Shown here: positions 1 to 8,138 of the stretch, piece by piece | How positions within the stretch are numbered: the first letter of the stretch is position 1 | Layout: every line of letters begins with the position of its first letter | Assembly (NCBI GenBank): GCA_963752285.1 | Contig: CAVVXN010000003.1 | Span: forward strand, 444,179-508,178 | Direction: 5' to 3' | DNA length: 64,000 nt | Origin: an uncultured Planctomycetota bacterium | Lineage (GTDB): Bacteria > Planctomycetota > PLA2 > JAEUHO01 | The notes under the pieces: generated by a model | The model's input: the letters and a program-made list of their open reading frames with translations, nothing else | Databases searched by the model: none | What the model was told of the DNA's origin: nothing | Program-made: the position numbers and the translations under genes

Positions 1-1
1 C

Positions 2-538
2 GTGGGTCGGGGGACGGCCGTACGGGTCCTCCTGGCCATCAGCCAGGACCCGGAGACGACTGCGACCACCGGCGGGGGCCCGCCTCTCCCCCGGGGGACG
101 GCCACCATCCTGGTGGTCGATGACGAACCGCTCGTCCTCGGTAGCACGCAGCTCGCCTTGGAGAGCCTCGGGTATCGGGTGGTCACCGCAACGGGGGGCG
201 CCGAGGCGCTCCGGTCGCTCCGCTCGGGATCGGGGATCGCCGCGGTGGTCCTGGATGCGGTCATGCCGGGGATGGGCGGAATCGCGACCCTGAACGGCAT
301 CCGCGACATCGATCCCCACGTCCCGGTCCTGGTGTGCAGCGGCCTGGGCGACGTCGCCACGGAACAGGCCTTCGCCGACCAAGGCGTCGCGGGGTTCCTG
401 CACAAGCCCTTCACCCTCCACGACCTGGCCGCGCGGATCGCCGCGTGCTGCCCAGGGTCGCTTTCGCCCTCGGCCGGCAGTTCCGCGCCCGACCCCGGGC
501 GACGGAGCGCATCCGAACGCGGCTCCGCAGCGCCCTGA
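2..538 (+). CDS. C-terminal part of a hybrid sensor histidine kinase (end of HATPase plus receiver domain), 5'-truncated by the window edge
   Basis: GRGTAVRVLL (end of HATPase), then ILVVDDEP...VVLDAVMPGMGG...CSG...FLHKPF receiver motifs. Confidence 0.85.
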   Translation: MGRGTAVRVLLAISQDPETTATTGGGPPLPRGTATILVVDDEPLVLGSTQLALESLGYRVVTATGGAEALRSLRSGSGIAAVVLDAVMPGMGGIATLNGIRDIDPHVPVLVCSGLGDVATEQAFADQGVAGFLHKPFTLHDLAARIAACCPGSLSPSAGSSAPDPGRRSASERGSAAP

Positions 539-1211
539 GCGGTGAGGGGGCCCAGGCCGCCGGTCGTCCGAAGCGGGGCGTCGGCCCCCCAGCCCGCCGG
601 TCCGACCGCTCCGACACGTCGTCCATCCCCTCGACGCGGGCGCCCGCCGCGACCCCGCCCCTCGTGGGACCCGCCCCCCGAGCGCACCGCCCGGGCGTCG
701 TCGCCGCCGTCTCCCGCACGCTGGCGTCGCGCTCGCATCGCGAGCGAGGGTCGGGCGCGCGGGTCCGGAAAAGGGGGGAAGCGGTCGTTGGCTCGCGTGC
801 GCGGGTCGCCACCACCACCAGCATCTCGATCAGCGGGAAGCCGGCCTGGCGCAGCCGTCGGTCTTCTCCACCCGTGCTCCACCCGTGCTCCTCCCGAGCA
901 CCTGCGGTCCCGGCCGGAGCGGACCGCCCGCCTCGGCCTCGAGCCCTGTGGGTAGGGAGCCGGGGCGCGCGCACGCGCACGGTTCGTAGCTTTCTCCGCG
1001 TCGCGCACGAGCGACGTGGAGCGGCAAAGGACTCGTGTCGGGGCCGCCGCACGGACGAGCTCATCCGTATCGCGCCCGCTACACCTAACCTCTCCGCGTA
1101 CGTCGATCGAGGTAGGTCGATCTCCACGACCGTGGGTGGACGCGTCGGTGAGCGAGGGGTCCAATGTGCCTGGAACGTGGTTGCACCACCCGAATTCGAG
1201 AGGAAGGTCCG

Positions 1212-1670
1212 ATGACCATCGTTGCCGCCGATGCTCGCGTCGAGATCGCGAAGGCCGCCAGCCGTCTGCTCGCGGACAGCTACACGCTCTACCTCAAGAC
1301 CCACAACTTCCACTGGAACGTACGGGGGCCGATGTTCTCGAGCCTCCACACGCTCTTCGAGACCGAGTACACCGAGCTCGCTCTCGCGGTGGACGAGATC
1401 GCCGAGCGGATCCGCGCCCTGGGCCAGGACGCGCCGGGGAGCTGGACCCAGTTCAAGAAGCTCGCCACGGTCGAGGAGGCGACGGACGTCCCCTCCGCCG
1501 ACGGGATGGTCCGTCGTCTCGCCGACGACCAGGACAAGATCGTCGCCTCGGCGAAGCGGCTCTTCGACGCCGCGGACGAGGCGGGCGACCAGGCGAGCGC
1601 GGACCTCGCGGTGCGTCGCATCCAGGTCCACGAGAAGAACGCCTGGATGCTCCGAAGCCAGCTCGCCTGA
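1212..1670 (+). CDS. dps: Dps family DNA-protecting ferritin-like protein
   Basis: LYLKTHNFHWNVRGPMF..LH.LFE.EY.EL....DEIAERIRALG and HEKNAWML signatures; GAGG RBS before ATG 1212. Confidence 0.95.
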   Translation: MTIVAADARVEIAKAASRLLADSYTLYLKTHNFHWNVRGPMFSSLHTLFETEYTELALAVDEIAERIRALGQDAPGSWTQFKKLATVEEATDVPSADGMVRRLADDQDKIVASAKRLFDAADEAGDQASADLAVRRIQVHEKNAWMLRSQLA

Positions 1671-1673
1671 CTG

Positions 1674-1725
1674 TACGGAGCCAGGCTCCTGTCGCTCGTC
1701 CGTCACGCGCGGAGCCTGGCTCCGA
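1674..1725. repeat. REP-like inverted doublet, copy 1
   Basis: TACGGAGCCAGGCTCC, 21-nt spacer, GGAGCCTGGCTCCG directly after the dps stop; related copies at 30591 and 51654. Confidence 0.7.
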
Positions 1726-1778
1726 CGGCTCGTCACGGTGTCCCTCGCGCCGCGCGGCGCGAGGGACGAGGATGCCGG

Positions 1779-2111
1779 TCAGGCGCGCTCGTTCGCGCCG
1801 TGGGCGTGCCCGTGCCGGCAGCCGTGGCCGTGGCGGCCCCTGCCGCAACCGCAGCCTGCTCCGCCGTGGCCCTCTTCGCCGTGGCCGCGGCGGCGACGCC
1901 TCGCGGAGGGAGAGCGATGCGCGTGCGTCTCGCCTTCGGGCGCGGCCGTCGTCGTCTCCGAGGCGGACGCTCGGCCGGCCTCGGCGATCGCGGGCTCGTT
2001 CGCGGCGCGGGGACTGCATCCGCACGCGTGCCGGCGCCGGCGACGGTGCCGGCGACGGTGCCGGGGGGGGAGACCCTCGACGGGGGTCGGGGGGGATTCG
2101 GGTTCCGACAT
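1779..2111 (-). CDS. Small His/Cys/Arg/Gly-rich hypothetical protein (possible metal-binding)
   Basis: GAGGAG RBS before ATG 2111; HACGC...GCGCGRGRHGHGCRHGHAHG; directly downstream of the DUF134 gene. Confidence 0.55.
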   Translation of the reverse strand: MSEPESPPTPVEGLPPRHRRRHRRRRRHACGCSPRAANEPAIAEAGRASASETTTAAPEGETHAHRSPSARRRRRGHGEEGHGGAGCGCGRGRHGHGCRHGHAHGANERA

Positions 2112-2151
2112 GGCTTCTCCTCGATGGATGGGGGGAGAGGTGCGTGTCGCG

Positions 2152-2535
2152 TCAGGTGGCGTGACGGGGGCCGCGCCCCCGGCATCGGCAGCGCCGGCCG
2201 ACCCGCTCGGGGCCGTGCACGGGGCAGGGGCCCCGACGGGCGCGGTGTTCGACGACCACGCCGCCGCCGATCTCGAGCGCCGCACCCTGGACGAGCGCGC
2301 GCGCGACGGTGCGGCGCGCGGCCTCGAGGACGCGGGCGAAGGTCGCGCGCGACACGCCCATGCGCCGCGCGGCCTCCTCCTGATAGAGACCCTCGTGATC
2401 GGCGAGGCGGAGCGCCTCGAGGCCGTCCCACGAGAGGACGAGTCGCTCGAGCCGCGACATCGGGACGCCCTGGGGCTTCACGACGTGCGCCTCGGGCGCG
2501 TCGGCCACGCGTCGGGGCTGGACGGGACGCGACAT
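2152..2535 (-). CDS. DUF134 (UPF0251) HTH DNA-binding protein
   Basis: KPQGVP...LEALRLADHEGLYQEEAARRMGVSRATFARVLEAARRTVARALVQG..LEIGGG; C-terminal Cys cluster. Confidence 0.9.
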   Translation of the reverse strand: MSRPVQPRRVADAPEAHVVKPQGVPMSRLERLVLSWDGLEALRLADHEGLYQEEAARRMGVSRATFARVLEAARRTVARALVQGAALEIGGGVVVEHRARRGPCPVHGPERVGRRCRCRGRGPRHAT

Positions 2536-2551
2536 CCGGCACCTCTGGTTG

Positions 2552-2565
2552 TGAGCATATGCTCA
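2552..2565. promoter_or_regulatory. Perfect 14-bp palindrome, probable operator upstream of the DUF134 gene
   Basis: TGAGCATATGCTCA, AT-rich in a GC-rich background, 17 nt upstream of ATG 2535. Confidence 0.7.
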
Positions 2566-2603
2566 GAACAGGCCGTGTCCACCCCCGGTCGTGCCGATCC
2601 GGG

Positions 2604-3386
2604 TCAGGCGTCCGGCTGGGCGCCGTCGGGCCGCGCGAGGCGGATCGAGAGCGGCACCTCGAGGCCGTGGGCCCGGAGCAGCTCGGCGTCCGCGAGGACC
2701 GTCCGCGGCGCGCCCTCCGCGACCACGCGGCCCTCGTCGAGGAGCACGACGCGCGAGCAGAGCTCGAGCACGCTCTCGAGGTCGTGGGTCGCGAGGAGGC
2801 ACGCGTCGCTCCGGCTGCAAAGCAGCCCGAGCACGCGCCTGCGCGCCCGCGGGTCGAGCCCGTTCGTCGGCTCGTCGAGCGCGAGGAGGCGGGGGCGCAT
2901 CGACAGGACCGTCGCCAGGGAGGCCGCTCGGCGCTCGCCGCCCGAGAGCCGGTAGGGCACGCGCTCCTCGAAGCCCTCGAGACCGACGGCCGCGAGGGCC
3001 GCGCGCACGCGCTCCCTGACCTCGTCCTCGTCGAGCCCCATCTGGCGCGGGCCGAAAGCCACGTCCTCGCCGACGGTCGGCATGAAGAGCTGGTCGTCGG
3101 GGTCCTGGAACACGAGACCGACCTTCGCGCGGACCTCGCGCGTCGTCTTCCTCGACAGGGTCACGCCGTCGACGACCACCGTGCCCGTGGCGCCCAGGAG
3201 CCCGACGAGCGAGAGGAGCAGGGTGGACTTGCCGGCACCGTTCGGGCCGACGAGCCCCACCCGCTCGCCGTCCGCGATCTCGAGCGTGATCCCGGCGAGC
3301 GCGATCTGGCCTTCCTCGTACGCGTAGGAGAGGTCCCGGACCTCCAGCACGGGCGAGCGGGACCGGGTCGCGTCGGGCGCGGTCAC
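2604..3386 (-). CDS. cbiO: ECF-type Co/Ni transporter ATPase
   Basis: GPNGAGKST Walker A, VFQDPDDQLFMPTV.EDVAFGP, LSGGE, LDEPT; GTG start overlaps the cbiQ stop (GTGA). Confidence 0.92.
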   Translation of the reverse strand: MTAPDATRSRSPVLEVRDLSYAYEEGQIALAGITLEIADGERVGLVGPNGAGKSTLLLSLVGLLGATGTVVVDGVTLSRKTTREVRAKVGLVFQDPDDQLFMPTVGEDVAFGPRQMGLDEDEVRERVRAALAAVGLEGFEERVPYRLSGGERRAASLATVLSMRPRLLALDEPTNGLDPRARRRVLGLLCSRSDACLLATHDLESVLELCSRVVLLDEGRVVAEGAPRTVLADAELLRAHGLEVPLSIRLARPDGAQPDA

Positions 3387-4159
3387 GGCGCGAGCCAGAC
3401 GCCGCGAAGTCGGAGGCCCAACGCGAGGAACACGGTCAGGGCGAGGAAGAGCAGGTCCGTCGGGCGGAGCCGTCCGCTCGGCGTGGGCACGAAGGTTCCG
3501 TCGAAGCCGCGCGCCGACATGGCCTGGCTCACGCGCTCGGAGCGGTCGAGCGAGCGGAGGAAGAGCGTGGCGAGCGAGGAGGAGAGGGCGACCACGCCGT
3601 GCGAGACCGAGACGGGGCCCACGCGGCGGGCGGCCGCGGCGCGGCTCCGGCGCTCGTACTCGTCCACGACCAGGAAGAGGTAGCGGTACGTGAACACCAC
3701 CTGCATTGCGAGGAGACGCGGGACGCCGAGCGAGGACATCGCGCCCGCGAGGCGGCCGACGCGGGTCGTCGTGACGAGGGGGAGGAGCGCGAGCATCGAG
3801 ATCAGGTACTTGAGGACGATGGCCGCTCCGGTCACGAAGCCCGCCCGCATCGTCGCGGAGAGGGGTCCCAGGGTCACCGTGACGGGCGCCGTCTCGAACA
3901 GTGCGTTCGCGCCGCCCATCAGCAGGGCGAAGGGCGAGAAGAGGAGGACGCGGCGCGCGACGAAGCCGAGCGGCACCCCGGACACGAGGACGGCGACGAG
4001 CGGGGGGACGAGATAGGGGAAGAGCCCCTGGAGCTCCGTCCGCGGCTCGCTGACGGCCGCGCCCGTGAAGACGAGCGCGGCGAGGAGCTTCACGCGCGCG
4101 TCGAGCCGATGGACCGGGCTGTCGCCTCCGGCGTACCGGTCGATGGACGCGTGGTGCAA
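3383..4159 (-). CDS. cbiQ: ECF-type Co/Ni transporter T component
   Basis: SPVHRLDARVKL, TYRYLF, LFLRSLDRSERVSQAMSARGFDG; inferred TTG start. Confidence 0.9.
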   Translation of the reverse strand: MHHASIDRYAGGDSPVHRLDARVKLLAALVFTGAAVSEPRTELQGLFPYLVPPLVAVLVSGVPLGFVARRVLLFSPFALLMGGANALFETAPVTVTLGPLSATMRAGFVTGAAIVLKYLISMLALLPLVTTTRVGRLAGAMSSLGVPRLLAMQVVFTYRYLFLVVDEYERRSRAAAARRVGPVSVSHGVVALSSSLATLFLRSLDRSERVSQAMSARGFDGTFVPTPSGRLRPTDLLFLALTVFLALGLRLRGVWLAP

Positions 4160-4194
4160 GGTCTCGCCTCGGTCTCCGGAAGGGGCCGGGCCCC

Positions 4195-5205
4195 CTAGGT
4201 CGTCCGGTGGGACGGCGTCCGGGGCGCGGGCGCCCGGAGGAGACGACCGAAGAGATACACCAGCCCGAAGACGAGGAGGAGCCCGAGCACGCCCGAGACG
4301 CTCGTCCAGTACCACCTCTGGTCGGGGCGGTTGTAGTCCGGGAAGAGGGCGATCCGGCTCGAGAGACGGTCGGCCGCCTCCGCGGGCGTCTCCTCCGTCG
4401 CACCGGGTTCGGGGTGCCCCGCGAGCACGTGCTGGTGGGCGACGGTCGATTCGAGCCCGTCGGGCGAGGTCGCCGCCGCGAGCGAGAACAGCCCGCCCAC
4501 GACGAGCGCCGCGGCGAGGATGCTCGCGATCGCCGTCTTGACCGGCAGGCCCTCGTTCGCCGCCACGCGGCCCGGGACGAGGTCCGGACGGAGACGGCCG
4601 AGGGCCAGGAGCGCCGCGAACGTGATCAGCCCCTCGCCGGTCCCGATCAGGACGTGGACGCCGACCATGGCGCCGAAGAAGACGTGGAAGGGGATCTGGC
4701 TCACGCCCGACAGCCCCACCTCGATCGGCACGAGCGTCGCGCCCCCGACGACGGCGCCCATCGAGGCGAGGAACGCCGCGCCGTAGAGCCGGACCGGCGT
4801 GAGCCGCTCGCGACGGCCGACCATCGCGCGGTACAGCGCGTAGCCGACGTACGAGCCGAAGACGCCCATGTTCAGGATGTTCGCGCCGAGGGCCAGGAGC
4901 CCTCCGTCCTGAAACACGAGGCACTGGACGATCAGGATCGCCGCCATCGCCAGCACGGCGGCGTCCGGTCCGAGGAGGATCGCGAGGAGCGCGCCTCCCA
5001 CGAAGTGTCCCGTGGTGCCGGGGAGCACCGGGAAGTTGACCATCTGCGCGGCGAACACGAACGCGCCGAGCACGCCGAGCAGCGGCACGCGGCGTTCGTC
5101 GAGCGTCTTCTTCGCCCGCACCGAGGCGACGGCGATGCCCGTCGCCGAGATCACACCGCATCCGGCCGCGACCGGGATCGACAGGAGCTCGTTGCCCATG
5201 TGCAT
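4195..5205 (-). CDS. cbiM: ECF-type Co/Ni S component CbiM/NikM fused to a PDGLE (NikN-like) domain
   Basis: N-terminal MH metal motif, AFVFAAQMVNFP..GTTGH..GG.L, DGGLLALGANILNM, H.LIG.GEG, C-terminal SPDGLE. Confidence 0.92.
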   Translation of the reverse strand: MHMGNELLSIPVAAGCGVISATGIAVASVRAKKTLDERRVPLLGVLGAFVFAAQMVNFPVLPGTTGHFVGGALLAILLGPDAAVLAMAAILIVQCLVFQDGGLLALGANILNMGVFGSYVGYALYRAMVGRRERLTPVRLYGAAFLASMGAVVGGATLVPIEVGLSGVSQIPFHVFFGAMVGVHVLIGTGEGLITFAALLALGRLRPDLVPGRVAANEGLPVKTAIASILAAALVVGGLFSLAAATSPDGLESTVAHQHVLAGHPEPGATEETPAEAADRLSSRIALFPDYNRPDQRWYWTSVSGVLGLLLVFGLVYLFGRLLRAPAPRTPSHRTT

Positions 5206-5345
5206 GGGGGTTCCTCCCGCGGGTCGCGAGCCGGTCCCACCCGAGGCCGCGGCGGCCCGGCGGCCGGTCCCGGGCGAGGAGTCATTGGACCCCTCCGGGT
5301 GGGGCGGTCAAGCAGCGCGCTCGGATCGCGTCCTTCTCGACCTCC

Positions 5346-6326
5346 TCAACGGGTCGCGGCGACCGCCTCGGCGAACGCGCTCGCGTCCTCGGCGAGGACG
5401 TGCGCGTAGTCCTCTTCGACGCGATCGGGCCGGCTCGAGAGACCGTCGTGGATCACGACGCTCGTGAGCCGGAGGGCCTCGCGGAGTCCCTGCTCGACCT
5501 CCGGTCGCGGCGGCTTCGCCCAGAGGAGGAGGCGCGCGCCGGACGACGCGGCCGCCGCCCTCATGCGACCGAGGTCCTCGTCCGAGGGCGCGCTCGCGGG
5601 GTCGAGCGGCGCCGGTACGAGGTTCCAGCCGTAGTGCCGCGCGAGATACGCGAACGTCGGATGCGTCACCAGCAGGGGACGTCCGTCGAGCGCCTTCGTG
5701 GCCCTCGCGAACGTCGCGTCGGCGCCGTCGAGGTCCTTCGCGAGCGCGGCGTAGCCGCTCTCGAAGCGCGTGCTCTCGTCGGGCAGGCGCCGCGCGAGGG
5801 CCTCCTCGATCACCTTCGCCTGTCGCACCGCGTCCTTCGGGTCGAGCCAGGTGTAGGGATCCGTTCCGGCGTGGCTGTGCGGGCCCTCCGGGCCGTGGGA
5901 GTGGACGATCGCGTTCGGGATGACGATCCGCTCGTCATGGAGCGGCGCCCCCGTGTCCACCACCGCCGAGACGGGGAGGGAGACGATCGCGGCCCAGGTC
6001 TCGAAGTCCGACCCGTTCAGGAGGATCAGGTCCGCGCGCTGGACCCGTTCGATGAGGCCCGGCTCCTTCTGGATCGCCCGCAGCACCTCCTCGGAGTCCG
6101 CGGAGGGCAGGGGGCAGGTCACATCGACCGCGTCGCCCGCGATGCGTCGCGCGAAGCTCGCGAGCGGCGGCGTGCTCGCCACGACCTGGAGCCGGTGCCG
6201 ACCCTCCGGCGTCGCCCTGTGCGCCTCCGGCTCGCCACCGCACGAGTTCAAGGAGACGAGTGCGAGGGCGACGAGCGGGACCGCGAGCAGCGACAGCCGG
6301 CGCGAGGGGGCGGGAAGGTGCGACAC
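5346..6326 (-). CDS. ZnuA/TroA-like metal ABC substrate-binding lipoprotein (no cognate permease adjacent)
   Basis: Hydrophobic leader ending LNSC, VVAST..L..FA.RIAGD, ADLILLNG, HSHGPEGPHSH loop, DPYTWLDP, THPTFAYLA.HYG; start uncertain (GTG 6326 or TTG 6374). Confidence 0.85.
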   Translation of the reverse strand: MSHLPAPSRRLSLLAVPLVALALVSLNSCGGEPEAHRATPEGRHRLQVVASTPPLASFARRIAGDAVDVTCPLPSADSEEVLRAIQKEPGLIERVQRADLILLNGSDFETWAAIVSLPVSAVVDTGAPLHDERIVIPNAIVHSHGPEGPHSHAGTDPYTWLDPKDAVRQAKVIEEALARRLPDESTRFESGYAALAKDLDGADATFARATKALDGRPLLVTHPTFAYLARHYGWNLVPAPLDPASAPSDEDLGRMRAAAASSGARLLLWAKPPRPEVEQGLREALRLTSVVIHDGLSSRPDRVEEDYAHVLAEDASAFAEAVAATR

Positions 6327-6363
6327 GGGACTCGTTCGACGCGAGAGGCTCCGTCCCGCGCGG

Positions 6364-6421
6364 GGGGCGGTCAAGGATCCGCGCCGGTCGAATTGACCCT
6401 GGCCGGTCCCGGTGGCAGCAT
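6364..6421. promoter_or_regulatory. Divergent sigma70-like promoter region
   Basis: Back-to-back TTGACC -35 boxes (minus strand 6369-6374; plus strand 6393-6398, followed after 17 nt by CAGCAT). Confidence 0.45.
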
Positions 6422-6439
6422 CCCCCGCGGAGTGCCTCG

Positions 6440-8098
6440 ATGACCGCGCGCATCCGAAGGGCCCTGCTGGTCGTCGTCCTCTCGCTCGCGCTCCCGTCGG
6501 CGGCGTTCGCGCATCCGCCCGACACGGTGATCCAGCGGACGACGGTCGAGGTGACCCGGGACGGCGTCTCGCTGGCGTACCGGAGCCTCTACGGCGCCAC
6601 CCTGGCGCACCTGAAGGTCGTCCGCGCCGACCGGGACGACGACGGGAAGCTGTCGCCCGACGAGGAGACGGCGGCGCTCGCGGAGCAGGCGAAGGAGGTG
6701 GAGGCGAACCTGAGCGTCCGTCTCGACGGCCGACCGTTGGCCCTCGCGCTCGCCCGCGGCGAGATCGACGCCGTGACGCCCGGAACGTGGGCGGACGGGA
6801 TGGAGACGGTGCTGACGCTCGAGGCGAAGGCCTCCGGCCTCGAGGAGGGGACGCACGCGCTCGAGATCCGGGACGACAACGTCCCCGACGCGGCGCTGGC
6901 CTCGCTGACGTACTACGTCCGCGCGGGCGGTGAGACGGAGGCCCTCTCCGTCTCGAAGGACGCGCGCGCGCTCACGTGGCGCTTCCGCGGCGTCCTGGGC
7001 GGGCCCGGCGCCCTCTCGGCGCCGCCCGTGCGCCCGGGCGGCGCCGCGGAGGGCGGGCACGAGACCTCGACCCTCGAGCGGCTCATGGGCGAGAAGGACC
7101 TGACGCTCGGGTTCGTGCTCTTCGCCCTCGTGCTCGCCATGGGCCTCGGCGCGGTCCACGCGCTCTCGCCGGGCCACGGGAAGACGCTCGTCGCGGCGTA
7201 CCTCGTGGGGTCGCAGGGGCGCGTGCGCGAGGCCGTGTTCCTCGGGCTCGTCGTCACGCTGACGCACGTCTCGAGCGTGATCGTCCTCGGCGTCGTGACG
7301 CTCGTGCTCTTGGAGCACTACCTGCCGCAGCAGATCTACCCGTGGCTCGGGGTGACGAGCGGCGCCCTCGTCTTCACCGTCGGCTACGTCCTGCTCGTCC
7401 GTATGGCGCTGGGGATCCGCGGGCACGCGCACGTGCACGGGCCGGGCGGCGTCCACCTGCCGGGGACCGGGCACGAGCACGACCACGAACACGAACACGG
7501 GCACGCGCATCAAGGCGAGCCCGCGCACGACCACGAGCACCCGCACGACCACGAGCATCCGCACGACCACGGGCATCCGCACGACCACGAGCACCCGCAC
7601 GCGCATCCCCACGGCCAGCCACACGAACATCCGCGTGCCCACGGGCACGAACACGAACACGAACACGAGCACGAACACGAGCACGAACACGGGCACGAAC
7701 ACGGTCAGGAACACGTCCACGAGCATGCGCACGAGCACCCGCACGATCCTTCGGCGCACGAGAGCGAGCCGCGCGCCTCGGCGTGGACGCTCCTCTGGCT
7801 CGGTATCTCGGGCGGCATGGTCCCGTGCCCGTCCGCGCTCGTCGTCCTGCTGATCGCGGTGAACCTCCACCGCGTCGGCTTCGGCCTCCTCCTGATCGGC
7901 GCGTTCAGCGTGGGGCTCGCGGGCGTCCTGATCGGGATCGGGATCCTGATGGTCACGGCCACGCGGCGCATGCGGAAGATCGCGGGCCAGGCGTCGTGGG
8001 TGAAGAAGCTCCCGGCGCTGAGCGCCGGCGTGATCATGCTCGTCGGGATCGCGATGATCGCGAACACGCTCGTGTCGACGGGGATGCTCCGGCTCTGA
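6440..8098 (+). CDS. RcnA/NicO-family Ni/Co transporter with exported N-terminal domain and very long His-rich loop
   Basis: Signal peptide AFA|HP; HALSPGHGKT and GMVPCPSAL motifs; multiple TM helices; HE/HD/HP repeats. Confidence 0.88.
   Translation: MTARIRRALLVVVLSLALPSAAFAHPPDTVIQRTTVEVTRDGVSLAYRSLYGATLAHLKVVRADRDDDGKLSPDEETAALAEQAKEVEANLSVRLDGRPLALALARGEIDAVTPGTWADGMETVLTLEAKASGLEEGTHALEIRDDNVPDAALASLTYYVRAGGETEALSVSKDARALTWRFRGVLGGPGALSAPPVRPGGAAEGGHETSTLERLMGEKDLTLGFVLFALVLAMGLGAVHALSPGHGKTLVAAYLVGSQGRVREAVFLGLVVTLTHVSSVIVLGVVTLVLLEHYLPQQIYPWLGVTSGALVFTVGYVLLVRMALGIRGHAHVHGPGGVHLPGTGHEHDHEHEHGHAHQGEPAHDHEHPHDHEHPHDHGHPHDHEHPHAHPHGQPHEHPRAHGHEHEHEHEHEHEHEHGHEHGQEHVHEHAHEHPHDPSAHESEPRASAWTLLWLGISGGMVPCPSALVVLLIAVNLHRVGFGLLLIGAFSVGLAGVLIGIGILMVTATRRMRKIAGQASWVKKLPALSAGVIMLVGIAMIANTLVSTGMLRL
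7421..7760 (+). repeat. Coding His-rich tandem repeats (18-bp PHDHEH units and 6-bp HE units)
   Basis: ccgcacgaccacgagcac-like units about 4 times, plus runs of cacgaa/cacgag. Confidence 0.9.
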
Positions 8099-8138
8099 GA
8101 CCCCCATCCCCGGGCGGGGCGAGGGCTTGGAGGTCCCC

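Noticed and set aside
5206..5345. Cobalamin riboswitch upstream of cbiM
   Set aside because: The leader is short and no B12-box/GGGAA core could be identified.
7421..7853. Periodic repeats as a CRISPR array, or the TN-rich ORF 7635-7853 as a gene
   Set aside because: The repeats are in-frame His codons with no unique spacers and no cas genes; the TN ORF is an alternate frame of that repeat.
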